Of a stretch of DNA of 64,000 bases, positions 56,663 to 64,000 are shown in pieces. How positions within the stretch are numbered: the first letter of the stretch is position 1; each line of letters starts with the position of its first letter. Below the pieces are notes generated by a model. The model saw only the letters and a list, made by a program, of their open reading frames with translations, searched no databases and had not been told where the DNA came from. Both the position numbers and the translations under genes were made by a program. The DNA comes from Chrysomallon squamiferum (lineage: Eukaryota > Animalia > Mollusca): the NCBI GenBank assembly GCA_012295275.1, contig CM022679.1, positions 29,450,001-29,514,000 on the forward strand, read 5' to 3'.

Positions 56663-57097
56663 TAAATAAAAAATTTATTTGAAGAAAGTTTTAGTTTTGT
56701 GTACTTATTTTATCTCACTTCTATGAGAGATATACTGACACTGAGTATTCACTCGTACGTGTGTATTGTTTGTATGTAAAGCACGTGTACACAAACACAC
56801 AAGCGCACATACACAATTCACCAAAATGCTAGCACACAAAAAAGTAATTCCCGCATTAATCCTGTGTATATTTATGTTTTTACATTCGTTGGTGTGTATG
56901 TAGGTGTATCTGTACACGCACAAAAACAGAGACGAACACCAGACACACATCAAAAACACGTGCAGAAAAAAAAAAAAGGAAAAAAAAATGACCCTTCGTA
57001 TTTAATATGGCTTGAAAATGCAGTATACTTATATATATCTATGTCTATATCTATATCTATGTTAGAAAAAAGCCAATGTTAATTTACAAATTTACAG

Positions 57098-57270
57098 ACA
57101 AAGAACCAGACAACGGGAATAAGGAAACTGCGGAGAACAAACGTGCAGTCCGTGAAACTGAAAGTTCTGAACGAGCGACTGAACGAGAAGAAAATCTACA
57201 TCGAAACGAACCCTGGAAAGGTGTTAGCCCGACTAGCCCTGCCGAGAAATCTCTTCTCCTTCCAAGTTAA
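57098..57270 (+). CDS. Duplicate terminal (cytoplasmic) exon, copy B; pseudo-exon or alternative last exon
   Basis: Intact ttacag acceptor, same 173 bp and stop. Peptide identical to exon 6 except ETAENKR vs ETVEPKR. Confidence 0.6.
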
Positions 57271-57384
57271 CTGGACTTACATTCACACACACAAACATCA
57301 CTATAGTTTCCAAACCAGCTTACTTATTTTTATTAGTAGTTTTACAAACAGCTTTGCCTGTCTCGGGAACCCTACTTACTACTT

Positions 57385-57504
57385 TCAGTTTGGGGAACTT
57401 AAAACAATGCACAAATTAAATGTCTTTCGTGAATAAATGTCATTATAGATGTGTATGTGTGTGTGTGTTTTGTGGTGTGTGTGTTTTGTGGTGTGTGTGT
57501 GTGT

Positions 57505-57554
<50 letters not shown>

Positions 57555-57748
57555 CCTACAGAGTATTTGTATAAGATGTATATAAAATGAAATGGAAAAA
57601 TAGAATTCTCAAATATCTTTCGAACATTTTATTCTAGTCAGTAAATTTAATTTTTTTAATTTTTGGGGGGAACTTAAAACAATGCAGAAATTAAAACTTT
57701 CATGTATAAATGTCATTATAGATGTGTATGTGTGTGTGTGTGTGTGTA

Positions 57749-57779
<31 letters not shown>

Positions 57780-58011
57780 TTGTGTGTGTGTTTGTGTGTG
57801 TGAATCCTACAGAGTATTTGTATAAGATGTATATAAAATGAAATGGAAAAATAGAATTCTCAAATATCTTTCGAACATTTTATTCTAGTCAGTAAATTTA
57901 ATTTTTTTAATTTTTTGGGGGAAATTAAAACAATGCACAAATTAAAACTTTCATGTATAAATATTTATAAATGTGTCTGTGTGTGTGTGTGTGTATGTGT
58001 TTGTGAGTGTG

Positions 58012-58083
<72 letters not shown>

Positions 58084-58150
58084 TGTGTGTGAATCCTACA
58101 TACTATTTGTATAAGCTTTATGTAAAATGAAATGGAAAAATAGAATTTAA
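57385..58150 (+). repeat. Three ~260-280-bp direct repeats in the receptor 3' flank
   Basis: ggggaacttaaaacaatgcac...(GT)n...gaatcctacagagtatttgtataag...gaaatggaaaaatagaatt repeated. Related modules lie at ~55940-56360 and ~52430-52545. Confidence 0.85.
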
Positions 58151-58928
58151 ACTTAAAACCTATTCTCAAACTATATCTTCAGGCATTTCGTAAAAATCGT
58201 TTTCGAACATTTTACTCTAGTGAAAAATGTAATGTTTTAATTTTTTTTTTTTTTTAATTTTTTTAATTTTAATTTCTACTTCTTCTGGATCATACCAATC
58301 CAGCAATCTTCATCCGCATTTTGAAATTTCACATATAAATGTAAACTTTGAATCTATAAAATGCTATTCAATGTTATTCAATTGCATTGCATTGTTTAAA
58401 CTGCTTACAATAAAATGAGTGTGCATAAAATTGTGTTGTCTAACTTGTGTCGATCACATATAAAAATATCATTTAACAACTTTGGAAGTTTACTTTTAAA
58501 ACACACACATACACACACACACACACTCACACACACACTTACATCATACAAAGCCATACACACAAACGCACGCACGCATCACACAGATATACAAGGTAAA
58601 ACTTTCTCTTCCATTTCTCAGAAACAGACTTCTTACGTTTTCAAGTAGAGCAAAGAAAATCAAAGGGAAGCAATCCATCGCGCTCTGTAATCTAGCGATT
58701 TGAGTATTTGCTCACTGTTAACAACATCGCAACTTTAAACAAATAACATATACAGTACGTATTACGTCATTATTATAGTTCAGACAATGTTATAAACAAT
58801 ATTGTGTGTGTGTGTGTGTGCGTCTTCGAATGTGTGTGTGTGTGTGTGTGTGTGTTTGTGCGTGTTTCAATACGTCCTGTTGGTATTATAACATACAATA
58901 CTTCAGTAACGATGTTTTATTTACTGAA

Positions 58929-58964
<36 letters not shown>

Positions 58965-59166
58965 CTTCAGTAACGATGTTTTTATTTACTCAAAATATTA
59001 TTATTATTACGCTTTCACCGCTTTTGTGTTTTGTTCTGTATGTAGCCTGATCCCAGTTAATTGCGTCATCTTTGTCTAAATATAACTTGGAATCTCAGTA
59101 ACGCTGGCGGGCAGGAATCCATTGTACTGACTGGTAACATTTCTGTGATCAGATTCAACACTGACA

Positions 59167-59231
59167 ATGACGCTGGTGACATTGATATTGTTGTTCGGGT
59201 CTGTTCTAGGAAATCCGCTGCATTTAGAAAG
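59167..59231 (+). CDS. Diverged orphan signal-peptide exon, copy C
   Basis: Encodes MTLVTLILLFGSVLGNPLHLE(R) followed by |gtaagt, phase 2. Flanks 58866-59280 are homologous to 50889-51242. Its intron is cut by the duplication junction at ~59305. Confidence 0.65.
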
Positions 59232-60225
59232 GTAAGTTAATCGTAAAGAAAAAGGAAATAACCTTGTAAATAGAAGACTCGATGTAAAGCACGTACACTT
59301 AACTACTATAACACAAAATTATAATTTTTGAGGAGAAAATAATAATAAATAAATAAAAAAATAAATAAATAACAAAAATGGTTTTCCGCCATTTTTGAGG
59401 AATTTTATTTTATTTTATTTATTTTACTTTATTTTATTTTATTTTATTTTATTTTAATTTTTATTTTATTATATTTTATTTTATTAATTTACTTTATTTT
59501 ATTTATTTTATTTTATTTTATTTTATTTATTATATTTTATTATTTTATTTTATTTTATTTTAATTTTTATTTTATTATATTTTATTTTATCAATTTACTT
59601 TATTTTATTTATTTTATTTTATTTTATTTATTCTATTTATTATTTTATTTTATTTTATTTATTTAATTATATTTTATTTCATTTTTATTTATTTATTTAA
59701 TTATTTTGTTTCTTTATTAACATTTTTTTAATTGTTTTCTCATTTAATCTTTATCAAGAAAACGCTTTAAATTCTCGCAGAGTACCTAATCATTAATTTA
59801 AAAGGAAAAACAATCACTAACACATTTACCATCGTTTTATTTTTATTTTTATTTTTATTTTTTTGTTTTTTTTAGGCTGTTTGTTCACAAGATCGCTTCA
59901 AATAAAATGTTCTGCCGAGGCAATGTAGAGGCAGCTTTTTGTGCTGTTGTTGCTGCATTCGTGTACGACGCCAAACCAAACAGAAATTTTACACGCAGTG
60001 ACAGCTGTGCTGCAGTTTTGTCACAAATCTGACGGGTGGAATTTCGAACATTCGTGTGAAGAATGTGCGATGTTGGTTTTTGAGGTACAGGAGTTTATTT
60101 ACTTATCTTAAAATTCTCACCTAGTGGTTTGGCGGGGTGGTTTTTTTTTTGTTGTTGTTGTTGTGTTACAGTTGTTTGAATGGAGGAATATGCAAGTGAG
60201 AGAGAGAGAGAGAGGGAGAGAGAGG

Positions 60226-60339
<114 letters not shown>

Positions 60340-61376
60340 GATAGTTATACTTTCAGAGGTGAAGATAAAGAGACAGACAGAAAGAAAAGGAAGATGGAAA
60401 GAGATGAGGTTAAAGAGAATAAAAAGAATGAAAGAGCTGGCAACAGATAATTGTAAACAGTGTGTGTGAATTAGTGTGAATGTATACATCTGTCTGTCTA
60501 TCTTTGTGCGTCTCTTTGTCCATCTTTGTACGTCTGTCTGTCTGTCTTTGTGCGTCTCTTTGTCCATCTTTGTACGTCTGTCTGTCTATCTTTGTGCGTC
60601 TGTCTCGGTCTTTACAGATCAGTTACCATAGTAACGCACAATCGTGATCAGCAATCAACAGTAATAATTCATTTTCATTCCTGCTTTAAGAATCCATCTG
60701 GCGCATGAACCAGTCCCGTCAGAAGAGCGGTTTACACGTGAAGAAGTCTTGAATTTACTTACAGCGTAATAAAACTTTTTACTTGCGAAATTCTTTCGGT
60801 GCCAGGGGATAACTGACCAGGAGAAAAGGTATTTAAAAAAAAAAAAAAAAAAATCTACAAGTACCTTCACTACCTCGATACTTTTCTAATGTCATATTAG
60901 CTGACCGCGAGTCTGTCTTGCAGACAGTATTTGATTCAGAAATAACACTGTCGCATGTTCACGTTGAAAAGTTATCAAATACAAATCATTTCGAAATCAG
61001 GTTCATCTCGGTAACAGAAGATCCCACCATACGATATCTCCATATTGCGAGAATGGCGGTCGGACGCAAATAGTCTATTTAAGCTGAGTGATTGGGCACG
61101 ATTTTATTATAAATGTGTAAATGACGTTTCAGCACTTACCTGACAGGATCTATGTGGGGTTTTTTTTGGTTTTTTTTTTTTGTTTCTTTCTTTCTTTACT
61201 TATTCATTTATTAATTATTCTTTGTATTCATATTCCAAAAAACTGATGTTTCATATGCAATTTTCAAAAGACAAGAACAAAATACGCAAGAAAGAAAGAA
61301 AGAAAAACAACCATGCTCCGGCATTTGTAAAACGAGTCGCGAATCAAGACTGGAACAAGTGACGAAAAAAAGTTTA

Positions 61377-61430
<54 letters not shown>

Positions 61431-61499
61431 TACAGTAGCAACAACTAAAATAAGAAACAAAAACAACGGCGACGACGACAACGACGAATACAACAATAA

Positions 61500-61531
<32 letters not shown>

Positions 61532-61724
61532 CTACTACTACTACTACTACGAGTAATAATAATAATAACATTTAAACTTTCCAGATATAATACTACTACA
61601 AAGTGTGTGCAAGCTAATTTTATATAAGACTAAATTGGATATTATGTAAATCAATAGCCTAGATGTTTTCACAGAGTAAAGAGTTAATAATAATAAAAAT
61701 GATAATAATAAAATAATAATAATA

Positions 61725-61755
<31 letters not shown>

Positions 61756-62209
61756 TAGTCATTATTATTATTATGATTATTATTAGAAGAAGATAAAGAA
61801 GCGGGATATTTATCCCGTTTCCAGGAGAAAGCAGACCACACATTGTGTTCCCCTCCCTCATGATATATAATGATATAGAGTCGTAGACATATACGATTCC
61901 ATGTTAGGATTGTCACGATCTTACTAGGTATCATGTTTGTATATATATATCACATGTTTCAGTATACCAGTCAACTTATAATGATTGTATCTACTGCATG
62001 CTTTAATTTAACTACATTCCACTACAAATATTAATCTTCTGTCTTATTCATTACGTCTTTCTGTTATTATATCATGTAATACTTCTGTAACGATGTTCTT
62101 ATTTACTGAAATTATTATTATTATTAGGTTTACACCGTTCTTGCTTTTTTGTTCCGCAAAATCGGGTATACCCGATTACTTACATACAATGATACATATA
62201 AATATAACT

Positions 62210-62219
62210 GGGAATTTCC
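62210..62219 (+). promoter_or_regulatory. NF-kB/Rel site upstream of receptor copy D
   Basis: GGGAATTTCC is retained in the duplicated promoter. Confidence 0.55.
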
Positions 62220-62286
62220 AAAAATTTCCTAATAAAAGCGACATTGCTGTCTGGAAGCATTTCTGTGATCCGAATCAACACTGACA

Positions 62287-62363
62287 ATGATGCTTCTGAT
62301 GTTGATGTTTCTACCGTTGTTTTTACTCGTGTCTGTTCTGGGATATTCTCTGCATCGAGAAAG
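62287..62363 (+). CDS. Grindelwald-like receptor, copy D, exon 1; remainder expected beyond the window
   Basis: Encodes MMLLMLMFLPLFLLVSVLGYSLHRE(R) followed by |gtaagt; 77 bp, phase 2. Three amino-acid differences from copy A. Confidence 0.8.
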
Positions 62364-63166
62364 GTAAGTTAATCGTAAATAGAAGACGTGAGCGTGTAAT
62401 TGTACACATACACACACATACACTATATATGTGTCCGAGTGTGTGTATGTGTACACACACACATTCACACATGCATGAATTATATATATGTGTACGAGTG
62501 TGAGTATAACTAGGTATCTATGTATGTATGGATGAAAGAGAGTGATTGCCTCAACTACTTTATATACTTTTCCCAAACCGCAAAAGAAAAAGTATTAGTG
62601 TTAGGTAAATTCTTTCTTGGAAGAAAATAAGAAACATACTGTATGCTTCACTCTCTAAACACCAAACACAGCTGGTGTTGCTACCTGTTTAAAAAATATA
62701 TACGTATTTTTAATATTTTTTAATATTTTTTTTTTTCGAGTCTTTACTGAGGTCTTGATCGTAGTTTAGGGGAAATTTTAGAAGGAAAGAAAGATAACTC
62801 TGTCAGAACATTATTTTGCACCATCTTCTTCGCTCTGCATTATTATTATTATTGTTGTTGTCTAGATAAGTTCTCAGATTTTCGAGCTGTATAAGTAAAT
62901 GTGTATGAATTCTGTACGAGATAGCTATTCAATTTTCATCTCGGTTTTACCTTTCTGAGGTGGCACACTCGCTATCTTTCGTTTGTTTGTTTTGTGTTGT
63001 TTTTTCTCTATAAACTGTTATTATTTTATGAGCTGACCAGAACGGATTTATACATTTGAATTTGTAGCAGTTATTTACCCGTTCCAGAAAATGATTTCCG
63101 ATTTGTTTATGATTTTATGTTAATGGGAAAGAGGATAATGTTAAGAGTATATGTATATATGTATGT

Positions 63167-63224
<58 letters not shown>

Positions 63225-63347
63225 TTGTGTGTATTTGTGTGAGAGTGTCATATATCTAAAACAAAAGAATGAAAAAAAAATCATGTTAAGATGAAGATAT
63301 TTCGTTTTATAATCTGATAACAGAAATAAGTGATTAAGATAAATAAC

Positions 63348-63394
<47 letters not shown>

Positions 63395-63627
63395 AATCAG
63401 AATTGACAAAATAATGCAAATACAATTTACTTTCCAAGTTGATGTGAACGACTGCGCTTCACGACAATCCGACCTTCTGTATGATTCACATTTTTGTATG
63501 ATTCACACCACGTGTTTATCTCTAAACTTATCTGCTGATGACACCCGTAAAACCCGTAATACCTATTTTTAAAAACGGGTATTGATTTACCACAGTTTAA
63601 TAATCACAATACTCGGCAGACACCCTA

Positions 63628-64000
63628 TACACTGTTTTTATATGTTTATTCACATCACGTATTTACCTGTACACTGTTTTTATATGTTTATTCACATCAC
63701 GTATTTACCTGTACACTGTTTTTATATGTTTATTCACATCACGTATTTACCTGTACACTGTTTTTATATGTTTATTCACATCACGTATTTACCTGTACAC
63801 TGTTTTTATATGTTTATTCACATCACGTATTTACCTGTACACTGTTTTTATATGTTTATTCACACCAAGTATTTACCTGTACACTGTTTTTATATGTTTA
63901 TTCACATCACGTATTTACCTGTACACTGTTTTTATATGTTTATTCACATCACGTATTTACCTGTACACTGTTTTTATATGTTTATTCACATCACGTATTT
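63628..64000. repeat. 42-bp minisatellite, about 9 copies visible (runs off the window)
   Basis: Unit TACACTGTTTTTATATGTTTATTCACATCACGTATTTACCTG; only ~2 copies at the homologous site 52062-52132. Confidence 0.95.

Larger units (their letters stand above)
48094..59304 (+). repeat. Tandem segmental duplication, unit 1 (~11.2 kb)
   Basis: Sequence starting actataacacaaaattataatttttgaggag recurs at 59305 (offset 11211). Collinearity can be followed to about 52140; the rest of the unit is inferred. Confidence 0.8.

Noticed and set aside
48094-59304. The 11-kb repeated unit as an LTR element or other autonomous transposon
   Set aside because: No transposase, RT or integrase ORF, no TG...CA termini or target-site duplication seen; it contains a host gene with introns.

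Overview
AT-rich, microsatellite-dense animal genomic DNA, probably molluscan (inferred). It is not prokaryotic, and almost every ORF in the supplied track is a simple-repeat artefact. Manual splicing on both strands gives two head-to-head loci. (1) Minus strand: the 5' part of a Bicaudal-C (BicC/BICC1) gene, 11 coding exons from ATG 47587 to 3861 with GT-AG boundaries, continuing off the left edge. Exon 5 (KH2 domain) is garbled in this sequence, and a ~190-bp inverted repeat pair brackets exons 5-9. (2) Plus strand: a 6-exon, 238-aa type-I membrane protein (51119-55656) that the ORF track misses except for its last exon. It has a signal peptide, an 8-Cys domain with Grindelwald-type TNF-receptor spacing, a Ser/Thr/Pro stalk, a glycine-zipper TM helix and a tail with no death domain. 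Perfect NF-kB sites lie in its promoter and first intron. It sits in an actively duplicating cluster with a partial paralog, an orphan signal-peptide exon and an ~11.2-kb tandem duplication starting at 59305. Minisatellites and degenerate SINE-like copies fill the introns. All family assignments come from recalled sequences, not database searches.
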